NCBI GenBank assembly: GCA_963664305.2
Contig: CAXXLV010000001.1
Span: 96,001-160,000 of the forward strand
Length of the DNA stretch: 64,000 nt
From: an uncultured Aliarcobacter sp.
GTDB lineage: Bacteria > Campylobacterota > Campylobacteria > Campylobacterales > Arcobacteraceae
Reading direction: 5' to 3'
In this document: piece by piece, positions 1-9,101 of the stretch
Layout of the letters: each line of letters starts with the position of its first letter
Numbering within the stretch: position 1 is the stretch's first letter
Notes under the pieces: model-generated
The model's database searches: none
What the model was told of the DNA's origin: nothing
The model's input: only the letters and a program-made list of their open reading frames with translations
Translations under genes and position numbers: made by a program

Positions 1-168
1 AGCTTGAAATCTATTTTCTGTAAAAATTGCTGCAACTGTACAAGCTTCTTTTGTATAAATAAATCCTAAATCATTATTCCCATTTGGTTTAAGACCTGCA
101 TGAATTCCATCACAATAAAATCCATCAATTTGATCAATATAACCTTTAATTGGTAAAATAGTAAACAT
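1..168 (-). CDS. argJ: Ornithine acetyltransferase / glutamate N-acetyltransferase ArgJ, N-terminal part (runs off the window's left edge)
   Basis: Not in the ORF track. Manual translation from ATG at 168 gives MFTILPIKGYIDQIDGFYCDGIHAGLKPNGNNDLGFIYTKEACTVAAIFTENRFQA; GF..G..AGLK..DL..I...AA.FT.N.F.A is the ArgJ N-terminus; AGGA SD upstream. Confidence 0.9.
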   Translation of the reverse strand, partial: MFTILPIKGYIDQIDGFYCDGIHAGLKPNGNNDLGFIYTKEACTVAAIFTENRFQA

Positions 169-169
169 T

Positions 170-1297
170 TTATATATCCTCTGGTTGTTTTGTTAAGTTT
201 ATAATTCTTTTAGCTCTTGTTATACCTTTTTGAGAACCAACTAATAATAACTTGCAATTACTATTTATTGCTGTTGTTCCTTTTGGCATTTGAATAAATT
301 TTCCATTTCCTTCAGTTATACCAATAACCGAAACTTTTAATCTATCCCTTAATCTTAAATCTTTTAATTCTCTATTTATTACCCATGAATTTTCTCTAAC
401 AAATACTTCTTCCATATCAATTGGAGTGTCTTTTTTATATAAAAACTCATCAAGAACATTTTCCATATCTGGTCTTATTGCCATGGCAGTAACTCTTTTT
501 GCCATTAAAGATGGTGTTGCAACCACTTTATCCGCTCCAAGTTTTTTCAATCTGATTTTTTCATTTTGAGTTTCTGCATTTGAAATAATCAAAAATGGTG
601 GTCTTCCTAACTCTTTTTCATATAATCTAACAGAAGCAATTAAAGTAATATTATCTGAAATATTTTTAGATAAAGATATCGCTCCTTTTGCTGAACTTAG
701 ATGTGATTTTAAAAAGGCAATTTCTTTATATGGTTCTTCTTTTACATAATATGGATAATTGTGTTCTTTTGCAATTTGTTCAATATCATCACTTGGGTCA
801 ACAACAACAAAAGGTATATGATTTTCCCTAAATTGTCTAGCCAATTGAGCTGTATATTCGTTGTGATAACATATTACGAAATGACGTCTTAACCTTGCTA
901 TTTTATAAAGCATTTTTCTTTCCTTTAATAATTCTAATAATGAACCATTTGCAATAACATCAATTACAATACCCACAGAAAATGTTAAAATCAAGAATCC
1001 TGCAATCATTAATGTTACAGTAAAAACAATACCTTGATTACTAAAATTTGCTTCGTTTAATGCTCCAAATCCAGTTGTTGTAAAAGTATAAGCTGATTGG
1101 AAAATTGCATGCATAATTGAATAATCTTCAATATAAACATAACCTAAAGTTCCTATCATCATTACAAGCTGAATGAGAATTAATGGTAGTCTAAAAGGTT
1201 TTAATTGGGCATAAATAAGTGGGTTTAAATCATATTGAGGTTTGGCTGCTCTTATTTCCCAGCCAATAGTTTTTTTTATCTTACTAAAGATGCTCAT
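170..1297 (-). CDS. Two-TM potassium channel with RCK (TrkA-N/TrkA-C) domains
   Basis: Two hydrophobic helices around the filter motif TTTGFG, followed by Rossmann-like RCK and TrkA-C regions; adjacent to rpmB. Confidence 0.9.
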   Translation of the reverse strand: MSIFSKIKKTIGWEIRAAKPQYDLNPLIYAQLKPFRLPLILIQLVMMIGTLGYVYIEDYSIMHAIFQSAYTFTTTGFGALNEANFSNQGIVFTVTLMIAGFLILTFSVGIVIDVIANGSLLELLKERKMLYKIARLRRHFVICYHNEYTAQLARQFRENHIPFVVVDPSDDIEQIAKEHNYPYYVKEEPYKEIAFLKSHLSSAKGAISLSKNISDNITLIASVRLYEKELGRPPFLIISNAETQNEKIRLKKLGADKVVATPSLMAKRVTAMAIRPDMENVLDEFLYKKDTPIDMEEVFVRENSWVINRELKDLRLRDRLKVSVIGITEGNGKFIQMPKGTTAINSNCKLLLVGSQKGITRAKRIINLTKQPEDI

Positions 1298-1320
1298 GAA
1301 AGCACTATTCTAGCGCCTTC

Positions 1321-1509
1321 TTATGAGTGTTTTTTAAGAGTTCTTAACTCTTTTGCAGAAATTTTTAACTTAGTAGTAGTTCCATCTTCTAATGTAACTC
1401 TAACTGTTCTAATATTTGGTAAAAATCTTCTTCTTGTTCTGTTTTTTGCGTGACTTACGTTGTTACCAACCATTGGTCCTTTTCCAGAAATTGCACATTT
1501 TCTTGACAT
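1321..1509 (-). CDS. rpmB: 50S ribosomal protein L28
   Basis: [32 protein letters not shown], the L28 signature. Confidence 0.98.
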   Translation of the reverse strand: MSRKCAISGKGPMVGNNVSHAKNRTRRRFLPNIRTVRVTLEDGTTTKLKISAKELRTLKKHS

Positions 1510-1542
1510 TTGTCTTCCTTACGTAGTGAAAAATATTTGCGT

Positions 1543-1548
1543 ATTGTA
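1543..1548 (-). promoter_or_regulatory. Putative sigma70 -10 box (TACAAT) for rpmB
   Basis: TACAAT on the minus strand about 35 nt before the rpmB ATG, in a short intergenic region. Confidence 0.45.
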
Positions 1549-1570
1549 TCTTAATTTTCTTAAGGTAAAT

Positions 1571-2440
1571 TTAAACATTTTCTAAGATATATTTTATTTT
1601 ATCTAAATTAGCCTGTAATTCAAATTCTTTTGCTATTTTTCTATTCTCTTTTTTTATCTTTTTTAACTCATTTTTATCTAATAAAACAGCATCAATTTTA
1701 AAAGCAATACTTGGGTCAGTCGGTGAATCCATTGAAGCGAAAACATCTACAACTTCTTTTGCATCATTTTCAATGCTTAAAAAAACAACGCATTTACAAT
1801 ACATTGCTTTTATTACATTTAAAGAAAAAGATTTATTATAAGTTGGCAATAAAAATATATCTGAAGCTAAAAACAAATCATCAATATTTGAATAATTTTC
1901 CAATAAAATAATCTTATCTTGTAAGTTTTGATATTTTGGAAGCTGAAATTGTAAAGCTGTGATTTGCTTTTGCTCACCTGTGATAATTATCTTAAAATCA
2001 GGATAAGTTATAGAAGAACAAATATCTAAAAACTCTTTTATTCCAGAAGTTTTAAAGTTTTTTGCAGTAAATAAAATCAATTTTGTTTTTACATCTATTT
2101 TTAACTCTTCACAAATCTTAGCTTTTACATCTTTTGGTTTTTTATATTCAATATTTATTGAAGGATAAATTACTTTTATTTTTTCATGAGAAACTTTTGT
2201 TTTTGCAATAATTTGATTCATCGAAGCAAAACAATTTGTTATGGTAATTTTTGAATTTTTAATATTTTCAATTGATTTTTCATCTAAATTACCTGAATGA
2301 AAATATACATCTGCATATTTTTTTTTATTGAATAATGAAGTTAAAAAATTTCCTTCTTTTAAAACTTCAATATTTTCTTGCTTTTTTAATTCTTCAATTA
2401 ATAAATTTGATGATTTGTATGAAATTGTTGTTTTATTCAT
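1571..2440 (-). CDS. Degenerate GT-B (GT4-like) glycosyltransferase-fold protein
   Basis: C-terminal Glycos_transf_1-like domain (LFLASDIFLLPT...AM), but the EX7E motif reads KX7K and the N-terminal domain is short. Confidence 0.7.
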   Translation of the reverse strand: MNKTTISYKSSNLLIEELKKQENIEVLKEGNFLTSLFNKKKYADVYFHSGNLDEKSIENIKNSKITITNCFASMNQIIAKTKVSHEKIKVIYPSINIEYKKPKDVKAKICEELKIDVKTKLILFTAKNFKTSGIKEFLDICSSITYPDFKIIITGEQKQITALQFQLPKYQNLQDKIILLENYSNIDDLFLASDIFLLPTYNKSFSLNVIKAMYCKCVVFLSIENDAKEVVDVFASMDSPTDPSIAFKIDAVLLDKNELKKIKKENRKIAKEFELQANLDKIKYILENV

Positions 2441-2443
2441 AAA

Positions 2444-3196
2444 TTACTTTTCTTCACCTTTATTATTTAATTCATATAATTTTGCTTCTTTTAGAAATGC
2501 ATAAAAAGCATTATTAATTGCAGCTATAAATCCTCTTACTCCATTTAAAAATCCTCTTTTTATAAAGAATGATTTAAAGAAAGATAAGGGGAAGACAAAA
2601 ATTAATTTTACTAACGAAGCTCTTTTTTTCTTGTCAAATTTTTCTTGTGCTCTCAATGATGAATACTCATTAATTTTATTTAAGTGGGTAGCTAAATCTA
2701 AAGTTCCATAATCATAAATAAAACCTTTTGCTTTTGCTATTTTACCTTTTATAACTATTGATTCATGAACTAATTTATCAGGATAATAACCAATACTTTT
2801 TCTAAAAAATCTTATTCTTCTATTAAATTTTGACTTTTCACTATTAAACTTTCCAAGATATAAACTTGAAATTTTAATATCTAGTCCATCAATTTTATTT
2901 TCTTTTATAGTATCAATTATCTCTTTTTTAAGCTCATTTGTTAATTCTTCATCAGCATCAAGGTTTAAAACCCATTCATTTGAGCATAAACTTTTTGCAT
3001 ACTCTTTTTGTTTTGCAAAGCCCATCCATTCATGAAAATAAATTTTATCAGTGTAATCCTTTGCTATTTCTAATGTTGAATCTAGACTTCCACTATCAAC
3101 AACAATTATTTCATCAAAATCTTTTACACTTTCTAAAACTCTTTTTATATGTTTTTCTTCATTTTTGCAAATAATATAAACCGAAGCTTTAATCAT
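2444..3196 (-). CDS. GT2 glycosyltransferase, WaaE/KdtX/LpsC-like LPS core enzyme
   Basis: IICKNEE, VVDSGSLDST, WVLNLDADE (DxD) and VHE motifs. Confidence 0.9.
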   Translation of the reverse strand: MIKASVYIICKNEEKHIKRVLESVKDFDEIIVVDSGSLDSTLEIAKDYTDKIYFHEWMGFAKQKEYAKSLCSNEWVLNLDADEELTNELKKEIIDTIKENKIDGLDIKISSLYLGKFNSEKSKFNRRIRFFRKSIGYYPDKLVHESIVIKGKIAKAKGFIYDYGTLDLATHLNKINEYSSLRAQEKFDKKKRASLVKLIFVFPLSFFKSFFIKRGFLNGVRGFIAAINNAFYAFLKEAKLYELNNKGEEK

Positions 3197-3978
3197 AATT
3201 TATTCCTAACTCTTGATACTTTTAATAGAAAATCTACAAAACTCTCTGTTCCTAAAATTCCTACTCTTTTAATTGTAAAGACATCATCATTCTTTTCAAA
3301 TAATCCTCTTTTTACAACCGTAGCATTTTTATATCTTGCATTTTTAACTGCCTGAACAATTTTATCATCAAATTTTCCATAAGGATAAGCAAAAGCTTCA
3401 CAATCTTTATTTGTAATTTTTTCTATCTCTTTTTTTGATTCAATTAACTCTTTTTCTAATTGAATACTATCAATTTTAGATAGATTTACATGAGATAAAG
3501 TGTGAGAACCAAACTCTATTAATCCTGAATTTTGCATCTCTAAAATCTGTTTTTCATTTAAAAGTTTTGATAAAACAGAAGTATTTTTTTCTTCCCAGTG
3601 ATTAGTTTCTTGATTTGGAACTAAATAAATAGTTGCTTTAAAACTATACTTTTGTAAAATTGGAAAAGCATTTAAATAATTATCTTCATATCCATCATCA
3701 AATGTAATAACAAATGATTTTTCAGGAATTTCATCCAATTTTACAAGTTCTGAAATAGTAAATGACTTCCAATTATTTTTATAAAACCAGTTCATTTGTT
3801 TTTCAAAATCTTTTGGCTTTATTCTCCATTTATTGTGTTTTTCATTTCCTATATGTTCACCAATACTATGATACATAAGTACTCTTACTTTTTTGTAACT
3901 TTGTGGTATTCTCCACCAATTGTATCTTAGAGATATTATTAAAATCAAAAGAACTAAAAAAATTAAAAAATAAATCAT
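3193..3978 (-). CDS. Membrane-anchored polysaccharide deacetylase (CE4/NodB family), copy B
   Basis: N-terminal TM; LMYH, ITFDDGY, GSHTLSH and FAYPYG motifs. Confidence 0.92.
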   Translation of the reverse strand: MIYFLIFLVLLILIISLRYNWWRIPQSYKKVRVLMYHSIGEHIGNEKHNKWRIKPKDFEKQMNWFYKNNWKSFTISELVKLDEIPEKSFVITFDDGYEDNYLNAFPILQKYSFKATIYLVPNQETNHWEEKNTSVLSKLLNEKQILEMQNSGLIEFGSHTLSHVNLSKIDSIQLEKELIESKKEIEKITNKDCEAFAYPYGKFDDKIVQAVKNARYKNATVVKRGLFEKNDDVFTIKRVGILGTESFVDFLLKVSRVRNKL

Positions 3979-3983
3979 CTACT

Positions 3984-4970
3984 TCACTTTATAAGACTTT
4001 TGTACGCTTCAACATATTGTTTAACCATTTTTTCTATACTATAATCTTCTTTTGTCTCTTTAATTTTTGAAAATAAATTTACATATTTTTCATAGTTTTT
4101 ATACACATCTTCTAGTTTATTAACAAAAGCATTTACATCATTATTAAAAACTAATTCTTCACCTAATATCTCTTTGTGATTTGCAATATCAGTTGCTACT
4201 AAAACCTTAGCATAAAAAATTCCTTCAATTAAAGCTAAAGACAATCCCTCTTCACTTGAAGATATTATTTGCAAATCACAGTTATATATATAATCTTGAA
4301 CATTTCTAACAAAACCTATTAACTCTATCTTATTTTCTAGATTAAATGATTTGATAAGATTTAATAATTCCTCTTTTTGCTCACCTTCCCCAACGATATT
4401 TAATTTAAAATCAAAATTAACTTTAGAAAGTGCTGTAATTAAAGTATGAAAACCTTTTACTGGAGCTAATCTTCCAACTCCAACAATATTGAATTTATTT
4501 TTATTTTCAAATTCTTTTACTTCTTTAAAAGGGATGCCATTTAATATTGTAATGTTTCTTTTTGCATTTGTATAAATTCTAGTCTCTTCAGAAACTGCAA
4601 CTCCCAAATCAGCCAAAGAAAATTTTTTCTTTATAACTGGATTATGACGACTACCAATAATTGGTATTTTTTTCTTCATAAAAAGTCTTGCATTATACAT
4701 AATTTCAAGTTCTTTTGTATTATGAATATGTATTACATCTGGATTAATCTTTTCTACAATTTTTGCTACTTTATATAAAAAGAAAGGATTATGTCTATTT
4801 TTTTCAAAATCTAAATTTATAAAATTTACACTTTCATTTATATATGGCTTGATTTTATCATTTGTTAATAGATAAACTGTATGTTCTTTTGATAATTCAT
4901 TACACAAATCTACACATACTTTCTCAGTTCCAGCAAATTGTACCCAATGTAATGTATGTAAGATTATCAT
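3984..4970 (-). CDS. GT4 glycosyltransferase (LPS core), paralogue B
   Basis: VGRLAPVKG and EGLSLALIE (EX7E). Confidence 0.9.
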   Translation of the reverse strand: MIILHTLHWVQFAGTEKVCVDLCNELSKEHTVYLLTNDKIKPYINESVNFINLDFEKNRHNPFFLYKVAKIVEKINPDVIHIHNTKELEIMYNARLFMKKKIPIIGSRHNPVIKKKFSLADLGVAVSEETRIYTNAKRNITILNGIPFKEVKEFENKNKFNIVGVGRLAPVKGFHTLITALSKVNFDFKLNIVGEGEQKEELLNLIKSFNLENKIELIGFVRNVQDYIYNCDLQIISSSEEGLSLALIEGIFYAKVLVATDIANHKEILGEELVFNNDVNAFVNKLEDVYKNYEKYVNLFSKIKETKEDYSIEKMVKQYVEAYKSLIK

Positions 4971-6028
4971 ATTTGATTTCCTTGTTTAAATTTATATTCA
5001 CTCCACTCATAATTATTTGATTTATCATCTTTAAACAATAATTCCAACATAAATTGAGTTACTCTTTTTGCATTTACTATTTCATAAGTTTTTTCTTGAC
5101 CTTTTTTAGCAATTAATTCATATTTTTTATCTTTTAAATAATATTTTAATTTTTCAAAACAATCATCTGGCGTGTCAAAATAAACAATTTCTTCTTTATC
5201 TTTATAAAGTTTTTCAAATCCTTTTATTCTAGGAGAAAATGTACAAATCCCTGAACCTAAAAATTGTGCCATTCTATCTGAAGCTCCAAGAATTTTTTCT
5301 TGATTAACTTCATTTAAATTATCATCTCTATTAAAATTTATTGCTATTTTAGTTTGAGCTATAGCTTTGTGAAAATCATTTCCAAAAATTGCAGGATTTC
5401 CAAGTGAAGCATATACTTTCAATTTTATATTTTCTTTATCACAAAAATCTTTTAATAAAACTGCAAATTTTGTTCTAACATCTTCATTGTAATCTCTTGC
5501 GATATATATTACATCATTTATTTTTTCTGATTCTAATTTTTTATCAAATGCTGGATCTGAAATGTTTGGAAAAAATGAAAAAACTGTATTTTGATATTTC
5601 TTTGACAAATTTTGTAACTCTTTTGCATTTGCATAATAAAAAACATCTATACAGTCTAATTTATCAAAAAATTCATCTTTCTCTAACAAATGATCTACAT
5701 ACCATTGTACAATTTTAATATTTGGCAAAATTTCTCTAATTTTAATTAATGTCTCTTTATCTATTTTTTCAGCTTTTGCTAAAAATAAAATATCTGCATC
5801 TATATTTTTACAAATATTAATCAGCTTTTGATTCATTTTTTTTAATCCACTATCTTTTATTCCTAAAAAACGTGAATTTCTCTCTACATCTCTATAACTA
5901 AAATCATAAACAAAGTGTCCATTTTGAATCAATCCATGACTTATTTTTCTCTCAAGTCCATAAAAGAAATTACCATTATCTTTTTCGTTAAAGATACCAC
6001 AATGAACTATTTTATAATGTTTTTGCAT
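4967..6028 (-). CDS. Putative glycosyltransferase (CgeB / Glyco_trans_1_2-like)
   Basis: WYVD, KIAINF and SDR..LGSG motifs typical of this GT-B group; in the LPS operon. Confidence 0.7.
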   Translation of the reverse strand: MQKHYKIVHCGIFNEKDNGNFFYGLERKISHGLIQNGHFVYDFSYRDVERNSRFLGIKDSGLKKMNQKLINICKNIDADILFLAKAEKIDKETLIKIREILPNIKIVQWYVDHLLEKDEFFDKLDCIDVFYYANAKELQNLSKKYQNTVFSFFPNISDPAFDKKLESEKINDVIYIARDYNEDVRTKFAVLLKDFCDKENIKLKVYASLGNPAIFGNDFHKAIAQTKIAINFNRDDNLNEVNQEKILGASDRMAQFLGSGICTFSPRIKGFEKLYKDKEEIVYFDTPDDCFEKLKYYLKDKKYELIAKKGQEKTYEIVNAKRVTQFMLELLFKDDKSNNYEWSEYKFKQGNQI

Positions 6029-6998
6029 TAATGCACCCTTTGTAATATTCTAATAAATTTTTTGAATAGTCATTGAAATCAAATTTTTGTTTAAAATGAT
6101 CATGTTTTGATTTAAAATCTTCACAAATATTTTCATAATTGTTATAAATTTCACTAATTTTAGTTGAAAAATCTTCAATTTTCACTAAATAGTCTTTATC
6201 TAAGACTTCAACAATTCCACCAACAGGAGTAGAAATAATAACTGAACTATTTATTATTCCTTCAAGTAAAGTTAAAGGTAAACCTTCTGTTAAAGATGAA
6301 ATTACTTGAAGATGACTACTTGCCAAATATTCTGGAATATTATTTTTAAAACCTAAAAGTGATACCTTCTTTTCTAATTTATTATCAATAATCAATTTTT
6401 CTAATTTTAATTTTTGAGAACCTTCACCAATAATATTCAATTTAAAATCAAATTCTAACTTTGAAACTTGTTCAATTAATTTATCAAAACCTTTTATTGG
6501 GTCTAATCTTCCTACTGCTAAAATTGTAAAAATCTCATTTTTTTCAAAAATTAAATTCTCACTTTTTTGTATCCCAAAATATAAAATTTTACTAGGATGA
6601 GTAATAGTTTTTGCAACTTCAGATGAAACACTAATTACGTTTTTAACTTTATTGAAAATTTTTCCTTTTCTTGTATTGTGTTTTGTTGCAATATGAATAA
6701 AAGGAAATATTTTATTTAATAAATAAGTTATTTGAGTGGCTTTTGCTCCATGTGTGTGAACAATATCATAAGTTTTAATCACATTCAAAACTTCCAAATA
6801 TAAAAAAGGGTTATATCTTTTATCATATGATTTATACTCTACAATCTTTACATTTGAAGAGACTTTATCTTTATATCTACAACCATTTGGAACAATCAAA
6901 GCACATTCATAATATTTACTAATTTCATTTAATGAATCAACAACTATTTTTTCTACGCCACCATAAATAGATGAACATGAAAAATAACAAATTTTCAT
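6012..6998 (-). CDS. GT4 glycosyltransferase (LPS core), paralogue A
   Basis: GGVEK, VGRLDPIKG and EGLPLTLLE (EX7E). Confidence 0.9.
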   Translation of the reverse strand: MKICYFSCSSIYGGVEKIVVDSLNEISKYYECALIVPNGCRYKDKVSSNVKIVEYKSYDKRYNPFLYLEVLNVIKTYDIVHTHGAKATQITYLLNKIFPFIHIATKHNTRKGKIFNKVKNVISVSSEVAKTITHPSKILYFGIQKSENLIFEKNEIFTILAVGRLDPIKGFDKLIEQVSKLEFDFKLNIIGEGSQKLKLEKLIIDNKLEKKVSLLGFKNNIPEYLASSHLQVISSLTEGLPLTLLEGIINSSVIISTPVGGIVEVLDKDYLVKIEDFSTKISEIYNNYENICEDFKSKHDHFKQKFDFNDYSKNLLEYYKGCINAKTL

Positions 6999-7807
6999 CT
7001 ATTTTTTCCTTTTTTCATTTTTAAAATAAATGCATATAATCCTTGTCTACCACTCACCATTATTCTTGGTATCTCAAAATTAGAATATTTATTTTTATCA
7101 AAAACTCCATTTACAGTTGTTGTTGCATTAGTATAACCTGCATTTTGAACTATTTCTACAGAATCTTTATCATAAAAACCAAATGGATATGCAAACGAAT
7201 CACATTTAATATCGAAAATTTCTTCTATTTGTTTTTTTGATTCTATTAATTGTCTTTCTTTTTCTTTTTTATTTAATTTTGGTAAATTTACATGATCAAG
7301 GGTGTGCGAACCAATTTCAATTAATCCACTATCAAGCATAGTTTTAATTTGTTCATTACTTAACATCTTTTCCCTATTCAATTCACTTGAAGCTTTATCT
7401 AAATCTTTATCTGTTGCCCAATTATTTTCAAATCTATTAAGTACGATATAAATCGTTGCTTTAAAACCATACTTTTGTAAAAGAGGAAAAGCATTTGTAA
7501 AATTATCTTCATAACCATCATCAAAAGTTAATACTACAGATTTTTCAGGGATATTTTCTAATTGAACTAACTCACTTAAAGTAAAACTTTTAAATCCATT
7601 TTCTTTTAACCAAATTAATTGTTTTTCAAATTCTGCAGGTTCTACTCTTAACCTATTAAATTTTGATTCATTTTTTGGTAAATGTTCACTTATCATGTGA
7701 TACATTAAAATTCTTGGATAAACATATGAAATATTTTTTCTCCACCATGAAAATCTTAATGAAAAAAATATAAAAAATAAAAGTAATAAACAAATTATAT
7801 AAATCAA
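6995..7807 (-). CDS. Membrane-anchored polysaccharide deacetylase (CE4/NodB family), copy A
   Basis: N-terminal TM; PRILMYH, LTFDDGY, GSHTLDH and FAYPFG motifs. Confidence 0.92.
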   Translation of the reverse strand: MIYIICLLLLFFIFFSLRFSWWRKNISYVYPRILMYHMISEHLPKNESKFNRLRVEPAEFEKQLIWLKENGFKSFTLSELVQLENIPEKSVVLTFDDGYEDNFTNAFPLLQKYGFKATIYIVLNRFENNWATDKDLDKASSELNREKMLSNEQIKTMLDSGLIEIGSHTLDHVNLPKLNKKEKERQLIESKKQIEEIFDIKCDSFAYPFGFYDKDSVEIVQNAGYTNATTTVNGVFDKNKYSNFEIPRIMVSGRQGLYAFILKMKKGKNR

Positions 7808-8958
7808 GCTGTTTTCCTAAAACTATCAGCATAAACAAAAAAAACAAATATTGTTAAAAAACTAAGTAATTCTTTAGAACCATAAGCACCAAAATCAAAT
7901 TGTGTAACTACTATAAAATAAGTTGCAATAGGAAATAAAATAAAATTTTTACTTTCATATATTTTTTTTAAAACTTGAAAAATAGTAAATAAACAAGAAA
8001 TCAATCCAAATAATCCCGTATAAAGTAATATTTCTAGAGTTGAATTATGAGGATCTGGAAATTTATTTAAAAATTCATTTGGTAAATTTTTAAATGAATT
8101 TAAACCATATCCAAAAAAAATCTTTTCTTTTATAAACTCAATAGTATATAACCATATTGTTGTTCTATTACTTGAATTTCCATTTAAAAGTTGTTGAAAT
8201 CTATTTTGAAAAGAATCAAAACTAAAATATAATAAAATTAAAAAACTTATAAAAAATAAAAAATAAACTATATGAGAAATTTTTATATTTTTATAGTTTA
8301 TTATCAGAAATACTATAAATGAAAAACCACCAGCAACCCAAGAAGACCTTGAAAATGAAAAAATCATAAAAAATGAAAATAATATTAATAAAAATATAGA
8401 GAGTGTTCTTTTATATTTTAATAAATAAAGAGTTAATATAAATCCCATTCCCATCATTAATCCAAATGCATTTCTATTATTGAGAGAACCTTTTATCCCT
8501 TCTTCCATTAAAATATTTGGATTTTGAATAATTTGATAAACTCCAGTTAATAATAAAAATAAAAAGGAACATAAACTGATTATTAGAATATTTTTTTTAT
8601 TAAAAAAATTTAATTTATAAAAATATGCAAGTATCACGAACATCAGTCCATATCTAAAAATAAATGAAAATATTGTATGCCAAGATTTTTTATCTAAAAA
8701 TTCTGGATTTAATAAATTTGAAAGTATCATTGCAAAAATTATAAAACAAAATCCTATAAATAAATTTTTAGTTATTTTTAAATTATCAATTAGAATATTA
8801 AAATTTTTTGTAATAAAAAGATGATATATAAAAAATATTGAAATTAAAATAATTGAAATTTGAAAAATTGCATTTTTAAATGGTATTGAAAGAATCCAAA
8901 TAAAAATTAAAAAATTAAAAATACTATTATAATTTATTTTACTGTACTGACTTAGCAT
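7804..8958 (-). CDS. waaL: O-antigen ligase family (Wzy_C) membrane protein
   Basis: Multi-TM; SFSRSSW, R..IW, FFGYG and PHN..LE.L...GLFG motifs; located in the core locus. Confidence 0.8.
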   Translation of the reverse strand: MLSQYSKINYNSIFNFLIFIWILSIPFKNAIFQISIILISIFFIYHLFITKNFNILIDNLKITKNLFIGFCFIIFAMILSNLLNPEFLDKKSWHTIFSFIFRYGLMFVILAYFYKLNFFNKKNILIISLCSFLFLLLTGVYQIIQNPNILMEEGIKGSLNNRNAFGLMMGMGFILTLYLLKYKRTLSIFLLILFSFFMIFSFSRSSWVAGGFSFIVFLIINYKNIKISHIVYFLFFISFLILLYFSFDSFQNRFQQLLNGNSSNRTTIWLYTIEFIKEKIFFGYGLNSFKNLPNEFLNKFPDPHNSTLEILLYTGLFGLISCLFTIFQVLKKIYESKNFILFPIATYFIVVTQFDFGAYGSKELLSFLTIFVFFVYADSFRKTA

Positions 8959-9101
8959 AAATTCTTTCCCAAATAATTTTTCTTATAATATAAAGAATTA
9001 CATTATATCTTAGTAATCTTAAACTTCAAAGAAATAGGCTTTTATATAGAATTAAAGTAAATATTAGATACATTTCAAAATTAAAAAAAGGTCAATAATA
9101 T

